Below are positions 1 through 7,922 of a stretch of 27,527 nt of DNA, in pieces. This stretch comes from a bacterium (GTDB lineage: Bacteria; Zhuqueibacterota; Zhuqueibacteria; Oceanimicrobiales; Oceanimicrobiaceae). Within the stretch, counting starts at the first letter, position 1. Each line of letters starts with the position of its first letter. The position numbers were made by a program, and so were the translations under genes. Location of the stretch: contig JBBIIG010000055.1 of NCBI GenBank assembly GCA_037446635.1, forward strand, positions 1 to 27,527. Direction: 5' to 3'. Under the pieces are notes generated by a model. That model made no database searches and was not told the origin of the DNA. It saw only the letters and a list, made by a program, of their open reading frames with translations.

Positions 1-70
1 TCCAACTACGATATGGGCCATATGCGGCCGCGCGTTTCAATCCTTGTTTTGATGGATGTCATTCCCCCGC
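1..70 (-). CRISPR. Leader-proximal end of CRISPR array: one 37-bp repeat (34-70) plus partial first spacer (1-33); array presumably continues left of window
   Basis: Minus strand 70..34 reads GCGGGGGAATGACATCCATCAAAACAAGGATTGAAAC, 37 nt ending in the canonical ATTGAAAC, next to a leader and cas4. Only one copy is visible, so boundaries are inferred from the repeat family. Confidence 0.85.
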
Positions 71-246
71 TGCTCCGCTTTTCTTACCTCCTGTTTTGTG
101 TATAATTGCGCTCCTTTTTTGAGAAAGAATTTGGCGTTTTTACTCACCATAAAAAGCCCATGTCATTATAGATTCTCTTGCCATTTGCAGCAAAATTGTA
201 GCACATAAATTTTTGTTCGCCCATCACCTTACGATTTTTCCGTTCA
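71..246 (-). promoter_or_regulatory. CRISPR leader with sigma70-type promoter TTGCTG-N17-TATAAT (-35 at 193..188, -10 at 170..165)
   Basis: AT-rich non-coding gap between the cas4 stop and the first repeat. Perfect -10 and 17-bp spacing, pointing toward the array. Confidence 0.7.
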
Positions 247-846
247 TCATACACAAATATTTTTGTAGCAGCAGTCCACACAGCGGCGTTTGTATGGCGT
301 GCGTTTGGGCAAGTAACCAGTACAAGTAATATGTATAATCTCTCGCAAAATGTCAATCGCTTTTTCGTAATCCGCCGGGCGAATATCTACCGACAGCACG
401 AAATTCTGGCTGCGGGTGTAAACCAGAAAACCGCGATGCACCGGCTTACCAAAGTTCTCTTGAATCAACAAGCCATAGAGCACAAGCTGCATGCGATAGC
501 CCGTGTAAAGCCGATTTTTCCACTCGGCAAATTTGTAATCGAGCGGCGCCATCGTGCCATCAGCAAGTGTGAGAACTTCATCGATTTGGCCGCGCAGATG
601 ATAGCGCGGCGCCGAAAGGTATAAATCAAATTCGCGTTTTACTACGCCTAATTTTTTGCGCAAATAGGCGCGGTTGCGAATCTGTTTTTCCCGGTGCACT
701 TCTCGCCCGCGCTGCACTTTGAAGCGCTTGCCTTCTTGTTGCGAAATGCCGAGCGCATTCATGAAATAAATGTAGCGCGGGCAAAAAAGATACTCAAGCA
801 CCTCAGAGGGGGTGACGGTGATGGCATCGCTTTGAATTATCTGCAT
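247..846 (-). CDS. cas4: CRISPR-associated exonuclease Cas4
   Basis: N-terminal EYLFCPR, RecB-like GQID...PLDYK, QLVLYG, and C-terminal CVDCCYKNIC Fe-S cysteines. Confidence 0.95.
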   Translation of the reverse strand: MQIIQSDAITVTPSEVLEYLFCPRYIYFMNALGISQQEGKRFKVQRGREVHREKQIRNRAYLRKKLGVVKREFDLYLSAPRYHLRGQIDEVLTLADGTMAPLDYKFAEWKNRLYTGYRMQLVLYGLLIQENFGKPVHRGFLVYTRSQNFVLSVDIRPADYEKAIDILREIIHITCTGYLPKRTPYKRRCVDCCYKNICV

Positions 847-884
847 CTTCTTTTGTGATCCAATTGGATTGTTGGATTAATGGA

Positions 885-933
885 TGTAATGCAAACCTCT
901 GGTTTGTGACTCAAAGCGGAGCTTTGAGTTACA
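885..933. repeat. REPIN-like inverted doublet of 23-nt GTAA-type REP hairpins
   Basis: GTAATGCAAACCTCTGGTTTGTG (886-908) vs reverse complement of 910-932 GTAACTCAAAGCTCCGCTTTGAG: 17/23 identical, each arm a hairpin. Confidence 0.6.
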
Positions 934-941
934 TTACTCCA

Positions 942-1232
942 TCACAAAAACAACTCCCGGATCTCATCGGTGATCATCTTTTTGTCAAAGGCTTGTCCCA
1001 TCAAACGCACTCTGGCAAAGTCTTCTTTACACATCGGGAAGATGTAAACGCGGTCGGTTTTTTCATCGATGAGCCGCTTGATTTTCAGCCCGAGCTCGTC
1101 TGCTTGATTTTGGTTGAGCTCGCCGAGGAAAACTGAGTATTGCACCCGTTGAATGCCGGCGCGCAGACATTCTTTGGCAACTTTCGTGCGCGGCTTATCT
1201 TCGACGATGTCGTAAACGACCCAAGTTAGCAT
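942..1232 (-). CDS. cas2: CRISPR-associated endonuclease Cas2 (start moved to MLTWVVYDI, 96 aa)
   Basis: VVYDI...RVQYSVFLGEL...DRVYIFPMC motifs. The longer ORF from 1313 runs through tandem repeats. Confidence 0.95.
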   Translation of the reverse strand: MLTWVVYDIVEDKPRTKVAKECLRAGIQRVQYSVFLGELNQNQADELGLKIKRLIDEKTDRVYIFPMCKEDFARVRLMGQAFDKKMITDEIRELFL

Positions 1233-1256
1233 ACGCAACCTGTGGTTTTGTTGGAG

Positions 1257-1362
1257 GGCGGAGTGGAAAGTGAAATGACAAACGGCAAATGTGAACGCGA
1301 TCCGATCACTCATTAATCCAACAATCCATCAATTTATTACTCCAAGACTCCAGCACTCCGCC
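1257..1362. repeat. Intergenic element: 9-bp terminal inverted repeat enclosing 5 degenerate heptamers and 7 degenerate octamers
   Basis: GGCGGAGTG (1257-1265)/CACTCCGCC (1354-1362). Heptamers GTGGAAA GTGAAAT GACAAAC GGCAAAT GTGAACG (1263-1297). Octamers ATCACTCA TTAATCCA ACAATCCA TCAATTTA TTACTCCA AGACTCCA GCACTCCG (1305-1360). Confidence 0.7.
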
Positions 1363-1363
1363 G

Positions 1364-2362
1364 TTATTCCGTTTCCGGTTCTCGTTCCAAATCAATTTTG
1401 AGCAACTCTTGAGCAAAGGCCTGGCAGTCGAACTGGATTATGTTGCGGCGAGTGATGTTGCGGCCTTTGTAGCGAATCGCCGTATCGAGGCGCTCGTTGA
1501 AAGCGGCAATCACCACTTGTTTGCCTTCTTTGTTGAGGGTGATGCCATTTTGAATTTTATTGAACAATTCTTTCCTCACCTGTCGCTGGCTAAAAAGATA
1601 GACGGTGGTTTCTTCGGCCCAGATGCGGTACGGCTCGATGAGATCAAAGACCAGCGATTTTTTGTTGTAATTGTCCGCATGAAAGAACCCGAGATAGGGC
1701 TCAAGGCCCGAGAGCATGCAGGCGCGCTCGACCAGGCCATAGAGCACACCGTAGCAGTAATTGAGAATGCAGTTAAACTCGTCTTTTGCCGGCTGGCGCG
1801 AGCGGCCGTGAAAGGGAAATTGCTCCGGCTGGATGAAACTGAGGGCTTCGAAATAGATGCGGCCGGCGGTGCCTTCGAGTCCGCGCAGGGCGTCGCTGGC
1901 GCCGAGGTCTTTTTTGTCGAAGTCCTTCAGCTTGTCTTTGATGGCTTGCAGTTGGCCAATGTGAACGCCGAGCTGAAGCTGCTTGGCGGGCCGTTTATTG
2001 GCCAGCGTTGTGAGAAACGCGATTTGATTTTCGAGTTTTTGATCGACCCAGCGCACGGCATAACCGAGGCCTTCGTTGCTGGTGCTGGCGACGAGTTGTC
2101 CGCGGCGAATGCGGGTGGTGGAGCCGAGCTTGGCGTGCCACAGGCGTCCAAAGGGTTGGCCGGATTTGTCGAGGAAGACGACGTCGATGTTGTTCTCGAC
2201 GGCCATTTGCAGCGCGGCAGAGCTGAGCTTCACTGCGGAGCTGATCAGAATGCTCTCGACTTTTTTAGGTGAGACGAGCTTGCTTTCTTCACCAACTTTG
2301 ATGTGAAAGCAGCCGTCTTTGATGCGCAGGTACGCGCCAGAGGTGTTGAGGACGAGTTGCAT
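1364..2362 (-). CDS. cas1: CRISPR-associated endonuclease Cas1
   Basis: LRGLEGTAGRIYF, FNCILNYCYGVLY, GFFH, SLVFDLIEPYR catalytic motifs. Confidence 0.97.
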   Translation of the reverse strand: MQLVLNTSGAYLRIKDGCFHIKVGEESKLVSPKKVESILISSAVKLSSAALQMAVENNIDVVFLDKSGQPFGRLWHAKLGSTTRIRRGQLVASTSNEGLGYAVRWVDQKLENQIAFLTTLANKRPAKQLQLGVHIGQLQAIKDKLKDFDKKDLGASDALRGLEGTAGRIYFEALSFIQPEQFPFHGRSRQPAKDEFNCILNYCYGVLYGLVERACMLSGLEPYLGFFHADNYNKKSLVFDLIEPYRIWAEETTVYLFSQRQVRKELFNKIQNGITLNKEGKQVVIAAFNERLDTAIRYKGRNITRRNIIQFDCQAFAQELLKIDLEREPETE

Positions 2363-2401
2363 TATGAATCTTAGAATTAGCCTTTTTGAATTTTCTTAGA
2401 C

Positions 2402-3088
2402 TTAGGCAACCCTTTGGATTGTACCAAAGCCGCGTGAAGGTGATTTACCAATGCCGATAAAATCAGGCAATTGGAATTTCATTTGGAAAACACCTTTGAA
2501 GGCGAGCATCGGCTGGTCTTTAAATTTCACCGCACACGTTTCAACCGAAAAAATTGGTTTGTGTCTTTGGGTAACTGTATAGTGCAAGGCTTTGGCTACA
2601 GCGATGACATTGTTCACTAGAATGGTCTGAAGCATTTCCAGTTGCACCTTATGCTTAATCACTCTCGGCTTGCTCAAGTCGATACCGAGGTGGCGAAATT
2701 TCTGATAGTTTTGTTGGTTAAGTGCCAGCCACGGTGTGATGAACTGATAAGTGACGGTCTCGCCGGCGTCGCCAAATTCGGCTTCGTAATAGCGCAGCTC
2801 CTTGTGGAGATGCTCATAAATTTGTCCGCCGATTTGGAGCGTTTTCAATTCGAGAAAAATGTTTGCCAGCAGCGGCGCAGCCTCACCCAGCCCAATGATG
2901 TGGGGGATGCCCTGCAGCACCTTATACTGCACGAGCGGGTAGCGATATTGAAAACGCCCGTTGCTGTCGTGATTGTGCAGGAGATCATACTCCTGCCACA
3001 AGCGGCCGATATAGCCTCGAAGCTTGTGGGCATCGCGTTGACTGAAGTGTTCACCTGCTAGACGCAGAACACCAAGAAGCACTTTCAT
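2402..3088 (-). CDS. cas6: CRISPR RNA processing endoribonuclease Cas6 (Cas6b-like); start at MKVLL
   Basis: LRGY...LLHNH...YRYPLVQYK, TPWLALNQ, and C-terminal Gly loop GIGKSPSRGFG. AGGAGG lies upstream of the ATG at 3088. Confidence 0.93.
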   Translation of the reverse strand: MKVLLGVLRLAGEHFSQRDAHKLRGYIGRLWQEYDLLHNHDSNGRFQYRYPLVQYKVLQGIPHIIGLGEAAPLLANIFLELKTLQIGGQIYEHLHKELRYYEAEFGDAGETVTYQFITPWLALNQQNYQKFRHLGIDLSKPRVIKHKVQLEMLQTILVNNVIAVAKALHYTVTQRHKPIFSVETCAVKFKDQPMLAFKGVFQMKFQLPDFIGIGKSPSRGFGTIQRVA

Positions 3089-3102
3089 GGATAGATGCCT
3101 CC

Positions 3103-5583
3103 TCAAAGGATCATAGTTTTGTCATCATCGATTCGTTTGTAACCGGTTTGAAAATCGTAATAATCAGAAATAGCCTCGAATGGCACATACCCAGGTTTGT
3201 TCTGATCTCCGCGTACATGCTTCCAGAAAAGTTCACTGGTGGCTTTCAGTGGAACGGAGATCATGTATCGCCTGAAATTGCTGCGCAACTGGAGATAATT
3301 CTGCTGACGTTTTTTGAAATCTCGCTCGCGGAGCACGCTGCTCAGGTAACGCTGCCAAACTTGCTCGGCCTCCGGACTCACGGCCACAAAGACATCAACA
3401 TAACCCAATTGGGTGCTGATGAGCTGAAAGCTCTGCAGCACTTCATAATTCGAGCATTGCCACCACTCACGGTAGATTTTCTCGCCATCGGACAAGTCCT
3501 TTTTCTTTATCAACTGCTCATAGTTTTCTCGCACAAGCTCCAGGAATTCATACTCTCCGAGCTTTTGGCTGTCTTTCAGCAACTCGGCAGCAATCCATAA
3601 ATGGGCTTTGCCATAAATCCACCTGGCAAATTCGCGGTTTTCTGTGTCAGCGAGTCTGACAATATGCACATTGCCTTTGCCATGAATGCCGTGGCGATTG
3701 GCCCGGCCGGCTGATTGTACCAACGAGTCGATGGGGGCGAGATCGCGATAAATGACATCAAAATCGAGATCGACACCGGCTTCGATCACTTGCGTTGAAA
3801 CCAGAATAATCGGCACTCGCTGATCCAGTTTTTGCCGCATGTCCGCGATGCGTTGCCAGCGGTGATCCGGAATGATGTTGGTGGACAGATAAAACAGCTC
3901 GTGACTGTCTACGCCCGAGCTTTCCAGAAAACGGAAGAATTCCAGCGAGGATTTGATGGTGTTGAGGATCACCGCATAGGATTTATCAGGCTGCAACTGA
4001 CCGACAAAATGCGCCGCAAACTCGCCTAATTCCTGACGTTGATGGTAGATGTGAAAATGAATGCGATCCAATGCTTGAAAACTTTGTTTGGGATTGGGAA
4101 CAAGCTCCATTGCTTCATCCCGCGAAAAAATCAACGGCTGGGTGGCGGTCATCATGATGATGGTGCATTTGCCGGCTTCGGCGAGCCAGCGGAGCATGTG
4201 GCGCGCGAGCGGCCAGTATTCCACCGGCAGATTTTGCACTTCGTCGAGAATGATGATGCTGCCGGCGAGGTTGTGATATTTCTTCAGCAGCCGGTTTTTG
4301 GAGCTGAAAATACTGTGAAAGAGCTGCACATAAGTGGTGACGATGATCTCGCTTTCCCAGCTCTCGATCAATAGCAGCGATTTATCCACCGGCAGGCCGT
4401 CTGATGAGACCTCTTTGGTAACGAAACTAACGTCGGCGAGATGGTGATGCTTGAGCAGGTAGCGCGAGCTGTACGCCGCAAAATCGGGCAGGAGCGAAAG
4501 CACATTTTCAAACACGTTGTGGTTTTGATCGATAATGCTGGTAAAAGGCAGGGCGTAAATTATTCTGGGCGCCGTGCCCGGTTCCTGCGCCAGTCGATGA
4601 CGCAACTTGATGGCGAAATTCAACGCGGCGAGCGTCTTGCCGCTGCCGGTGGGCGAGGTAATGGTGAAAATTCTTTGCGTCAACGGGGCTTTGTCGGCTT
4701 GTGCGTCCAGCGCAATAAAAAGATCGCTGCGAATTTTGGCCACGATTGGATCGGCACCAACAAACTGCGCTTGCCGGGTGAATTGCTGCACAAGGTTTTG
4801 CGGAATGACCAGCCGTTCTGCGCGGAGATCGATACTGGCGGCGTCGCGTTTATCCGAGTCGATGAGCACTGAAAAAAGCAGATACAGTTCGAAATGCAGA
4901 CACTCGCAGACCCCTTCTTCCATTTTATCTTTGTAAAACCTACGGGCATTTTCCAAATAATTATAGAAATTGCTTTGCGGATCCGTCAACGCCTGCTGAA
5001 AAGCGCGCAATGGCGGCAAGTCGGGGATGAGGGTGCGAAACTCCTCTTCGATGTATGCGGCGCGCTGCAACAAGTCCGGCAATTGTTTTTCAAACAGTGC
5101 GTCAAGAGTTTGTTTGGGTTTCAAATCGAGTCTGTTGCGTTTTTCAGGACGGGCATAATCACAGATGTCGCGCAGAGTGGCGCTGAAGTTGTTCAAGTTG
5201 CCGTGGTGATAAAGAATCGCGCCAAAGCAGAGCAGCATCTCGTGATATTTGTCTTCGTTGGTACCATGGGACTGCGCAGCGATCAGAAAGGCGCTCCACA
5301 CGGCAGAAATGAAGCTGTGATTTTTGGCCAGACCGTGATCCGCGTTTTCCAGCAAGTAGCTTTGAAAATAGCTGGTGTATTTGCCGAAATCATGGGCGAC
5401 GCCGATAAGAAAGGCAAGCTCGGCTAGTCTGTTCCTACGCGCGATGCCATCCGGCAGGGCCAAAATGGCTTCACGTGCTGAACGCGCCACTTCTGAAATA
5501 TGCGTAAGCAAAGGCTTTTTGTAAATGATGTGCTTTTGCTCATCGCGCTCAATGTGCGAGTAAAAAGATGGTTTGGTGTCCAT
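3103..5583 (-). CDS. cas3: CRISPR-associated helicase/nuclease Cas3 (N-terminal HD + SF2 helicase)
   Basis: AHDFGK HD motif, LIDSD, SPTGSGKT Walker A, ILDEVQ, MTAT, STQVIEAGVDLD, QSAGRANRHG. Confidence 0.97.
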   Translation of the reverse strand: MDTKPSFYSHIERDEQKHIIYKKPLLTHISEVARSAREAILALPDGIARRNRLAELAFLIGVAHDFGKYTSYFQSYLLENADHGLAKNHSFISAVWSAFLIAAQSHGTNEDKYHEMLLCFGAILYHHGNLNNFSATLRDICDYARPEKRNRLDLKPKQTLDALFEKQLPDLLQRAAYIEEEFRTLIPDLPPLRAFQQALTDPQSNFYNYLENARRFYKDKMEEGVCECLHFELYLLFSVLIDSDKRDAASIDLRAERLVIPQNLVQQFTRQAQFVGADPIVAKIRSDLFIALDAQADKAPLTQRIFTITSPTGSGKTLAALNFAIKLRHRLAQEPGTAPRIIYALPFTSIIDQNHNVFENVLSLLPDFAAYSSRYLLKHHHLADVSFVTKEVSSDGLPVDKSLLLIESWESEIIVTTYVQLFHSIFSSKNRLLKKYHNLAGSIIILDEVQNLPVEYWPLARHMLRWLAEAGKCTIIMMTATQPLIFSRDEAMELVPNPKQSFQALDRIHFHIYHQRQELGEFAAHFVGQLQPDKSYAVILNTIKSSLEFFRFLESSGVDSHELFYLSTNIIPDHRWQRIADMRQKLDQRVPIILVSTQVIEAGVDLDFDVIYRDLAPIDSLVQSAGRANRHGIHGKGNVHIVRLADTENREFARWIYGKAHLWIAAELLKDSQKLGEYEFLELVRENYEQLIKKKDLSDGEKIYREWWQCSNYEVLQSFQLISTQLGYVDVFVAVSPEAEQVWQRYLSSVLRERDFKKRQQNYLQLRSNFRRYMISVPLKATSELFWKHVRGDQNKPGYVPFEAISDYYDFQTGYKRIDDDKTMIL

Positions 5584-5634
5584 TCCAAATATTCAATTCA
5601 TTTGAAGATTATCAGACTCCGCTGTGAAAATGAC

Positions 5635-5703
5635 GTTTGTAGTTTCGCCTTTAGGCGTCGGGCTCGCGACAAAAGTTGAATGCCTGAAGGCGCCACTACA
5701 AAC
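5635..5703. repeat. REPIN-like inverted doublet of GTAG-type REP sequences
   Basis: GTTTGTAGTTTCGCCTTTAGGCG (5635-5657) vs reverse complement of 5681-5703 GTTTGTAGTGGCGCCTTCAGGCA: 19/23 identical, 23-nt spacer, internal palindrome in each arm. Confidence 0.75.
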
Positions 5704-5706
5704 AAA

Positions 5707-6474
5707 TCACATGAACACAACATGGTAAATTTGCTGACCGAGCCGCCAACGATAAACCGGCTCCTTGAATTGCGCCTTGATCTTGCCGCGGTTTCTTTCC
5801 CAAACAACGTCGATGACCTCACCAGGCTCCCGTCCGGGCAGGAAGTCGCGGCGGACATGCTCGCGAAAGAAGGCGGGCGGGATGTCGTCAATGAATTCCA
5901 TACGAAGAGAACGCAATTCAAGCGCTGCCAGCGGGACGATGGTATCCACGATGGCCGGCTCAGTTGAAGCAACCGGCTCAATCGTCTCCGGCGTACCAAG
6001 CCATTCGATCCAGCTCGTAAATGGCGCGCTGCCGAGGTAGGGCAAATAGCGAAACTTCGATTGCTGCAGCGCTTCTTCGATCTCTTTGGCCAGCGCCGCC
6101 TCGGCAGTTTTAAGAAAAATACGATAATGCAACGGCGCCTGAGGAAAGGCTGGAGCCACGAGCAGCTCGGCCGGTATTTGCGTATGCAAATTTTCTCCGC
6201 TCATGTTCAAATCGTTGGCGCTTTTCGCAAAGATATAATTCAGCGTCTGCACCAGCTTACGCGGTGGCGTCACGATTTGCACGGCGATTTGCAGGTTTCG
6301 CCGATTGAAGCGCTCATAATATTCATCCTTTTCGATGCCCAGTACACCGGCCAGCATGCCGCACACCACGGTGGGCGGCGGGAACGAATAGCTGAGCGCG
6401 GAGGAGTTGGCGTCGAACTGGCGAAAATGCGCCATAAAGCCCTTCCAGTCGAATACCAGAAAATGTGAATTCAT
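5707..6474 (-). CDS. cas5: Type I-B Cas5 (Cas5h-like)
   Basis: LVFDWKGFMAHFR...ALSYSFPPPTVVCGMLAGVLG N-terminal RAMP motif; YLPYLG. Confidence 0.95.
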   Translation of the reverse strand: MNSHFLVFDWKGFMAHFRQFDANSSALSYSFPPPTVVCGMLAGVLGIEKDEYYERFNRRNLQIAVQIVTPPRKLVQTLNYIFAKSANDLNMSGENLHTQIPAELLVAPAFPQAPLHYRIFLKTAEAALAKEIEEALQQSKFRYLPYLGSAPFTSWIEWLGTPETIEPVASTEPAIVDTIVPLAALELRSLRMEFIDDIPPAFFREHVRRDFLPGREPGEVIDVVWERNRGKIKAQFKEPVYRWRLGQQIYHVVFM

Positions 6475-6489
6475 GATTGACCCTCCATT

Positions 6490-7401
6490 TTAGAAGGCCA
6501 ACGGTGATCCGTTCGGTAAAGCATCGAGCGCGCCAACCAATGATAGCGCGCCATCTTTCCAGAATTTCACCTGTTGAATTTTGGATTTGTTCTCCTGCAA
6601 TTTTTCAACGAGGGAAGTGATATCGAGCTTCACATTCTGAACGGAAAACACTTCGTCATCTTTGTTCGTGCCCTGCGGGCTGAATTTCACCCACTTGCGC
6701 AAATCGCCGAGAACAAAGCTGTCGCTGTTGTACTCGACGCGAACGTATAAACGCGGCTCTTGGCCCACTTTGCTGCGCGTGGCATGCAAGGGAATGGCTT
6801 TGACCAGCACCTGGTCAAGCAAAGCCACGTCTTCTTTTTTCAAACCGGTGTTCTTGGCATTGTATCCTGAAATAATGCCGTGGAAGGCGATCAGCGAGTA
6901 TTTGACGCGATAGTCCTTGCCGATTGTGCCTTGTTCTTTGCCGGCTTCTGCGGCGAAGTGGGAGGTAATTGATTTTGTATCGAGCAGATAAACGCGGTTG
7001 AGTGAGTATCCCCAGTTGAATTGAACCGGCCCGGTGAAGGCGATGGATTGGCCTTTGCCCTCCAATTTGATCGGCATCGTCGCGCCGAAGAGGCGAACGT
7101 CGATGAGCTTGTCGAGCAGGGTTTTCAATTCCTCGTCTCCGAGCTTTGCTGCTTTCTTCTGACCCAGCGCCAATTGAATCCGTTCACCAGCATTGACAAT
7201 TTTGCCGGCTTCGCCTTTTTGCACATAAAGCTCATGCCCATTTTCCTGCAGATAATCGCGAATGTAGCGTTTCAGCCGCACGTCGCTGACCAGATTGGTC
7301 TGCGTGGGATAATCCATGCGCGGGCGGTTCTCTTCGTCGGGATCGCCGTTGGGATTGCACATGTGCGCGTCGTAAATGAACAGGATTTCAGAGTTATTCA
7401 T
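6490..7401 (-). CDS. cas7: Type I-B Cas7 (Csh2); start at MNNSEILF
   Basis: NPNGDPDEENRPR, VSDVRLKRYIRD, DVRLFGA, TGPVQF. AGGAGG (7413..7408) lies 6 nt upstream of the ATG at 7401. Confidence 0.95.
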   Translation of the reverse strand: MNNSEILFIYDAHMCNPNGDPDEENRPRMDYPTQTNLVSDVRLKRYIRDYLQENGHELYVQKGEAGKIVNAGERIQLALGQKKAAKLGDEELKTLLDKLIDVRLFGATMPIKLEGKGQSIAFTGPVQFNWGYSLNRVYLLDTKSITSHFAAEAGKEQGTIGKDYRVKYSLIAFHGIISGYNAKNTGLKKEDVALLDQVLVKAIPLHATRSKVGQEPRLYVRVEYNSDSFVLGDLRKWVKFSPQGTNKDDEVFSVQNVKLDITSLVEKLQENKSKIQQVKFWKDGALSLVGALDALPNGSPLAF

Positions 7402-7469
7402 TGTCATCCTCCTGAAAATTGATGTTGAAAACTGAGTATGGGTTGAGTACGAATCTCTCGCCGAACGTG

Positions 7470-7922
7470 TCAAGCCACATCTTCTTCCATCGACTCGACT
7501 TCTTCCGTTTCCGTTGCTCTAGCAGATGGTTTCGTGCGCAACAAATTCATCGAGTAGCCGGAAAGCAGGTAAAACACACGCTCGTCTGCCGTCAGCTCTT
7601 TATGCGCACCGGTTTCGTAAAGCTTTTTGGCGAGAGCCAACCAACGCTCGGCGTAATTGACGGTCTTGTTTTTGCGGTACTGGCGAATTTTCTCAAACGC
7701 GTCATTGAATAAGCGAACAACTTTTTCTTCACTCATTCCTTGATAGTTGATTTTTTCGAGCACCGGCTTGTTTTCGAGCCCCTCTTTGTACTGCGCGTAA
7801 GCAATCACACCGATGACGTACCCCAGCAACGCCAGCCCCTGCTGTGCTGCATTGTAACCAAGCTCGGCAAAGGCTTCTTTCGCGCCGTCCGGGAAATAGG
7901 CATCGAATTCGTTTGTCGTCAT
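7470..7922 (-). CDS. cas11: Putative internally translated small subunit Cas11 (150 aa), in frame within cas8b
   Basis: GAAGGAGG-N7-ATG inside cas8b (…LIEGGSI|MTTNEF…), in frame at offset 1494 nt. Confidence 0.75.
   Translation of the reverse strand: MTTNEFDAYFPDGAKEAFAELGYNAAQQGLALLGYVIGVIAYAQYKEGLENKPVLEKINYQGMSEEKVVRLFNDAFEKIRQYRKNKTVNYAERWLALAKKLYETGAHKELTADERVFYLLSGYSMNLLRTKPSARATETEEVESMEEDVA

Noticed and set aside
1..33. Partial spacer with ATATG-GGC-CATAT hairpin; possible self-target
   Set aside because: No match noticed in this window; the spacer is truncated and needs a database search.
144..356. 70-aa ORF overlapping cas4 and the leader
   Set aside because: Runs through the leader promoter and has no recognisable features.
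862..898. Degenerate CRISPR repeat copy (creA/mini-array candidate): 21/37 ungapped matches including ATGGATGT
   Set aside because: The conserved ATTGAAAC end is not matched, there is no partner repeat, and the similarity is explained by the octamer/REP junction.
1233..1313. 27-aa N-terminal extension of Cas2 in the ORF track
   Set aside because: It translates the heptamer repeats; the Cas2 fold begins at MLTWVVYD.
1409..2272. 287-aa plus-strand ORF
   Set aside because: Antisense shadow of cas1 with no recognisable motifs.
7402..7473. N-terminal extension of Cas7; short GAGTA and GAAAA duplications in the gap
   Set aside because: A strong RBS supports ATG 7401, and the duplications are too short to be significant.
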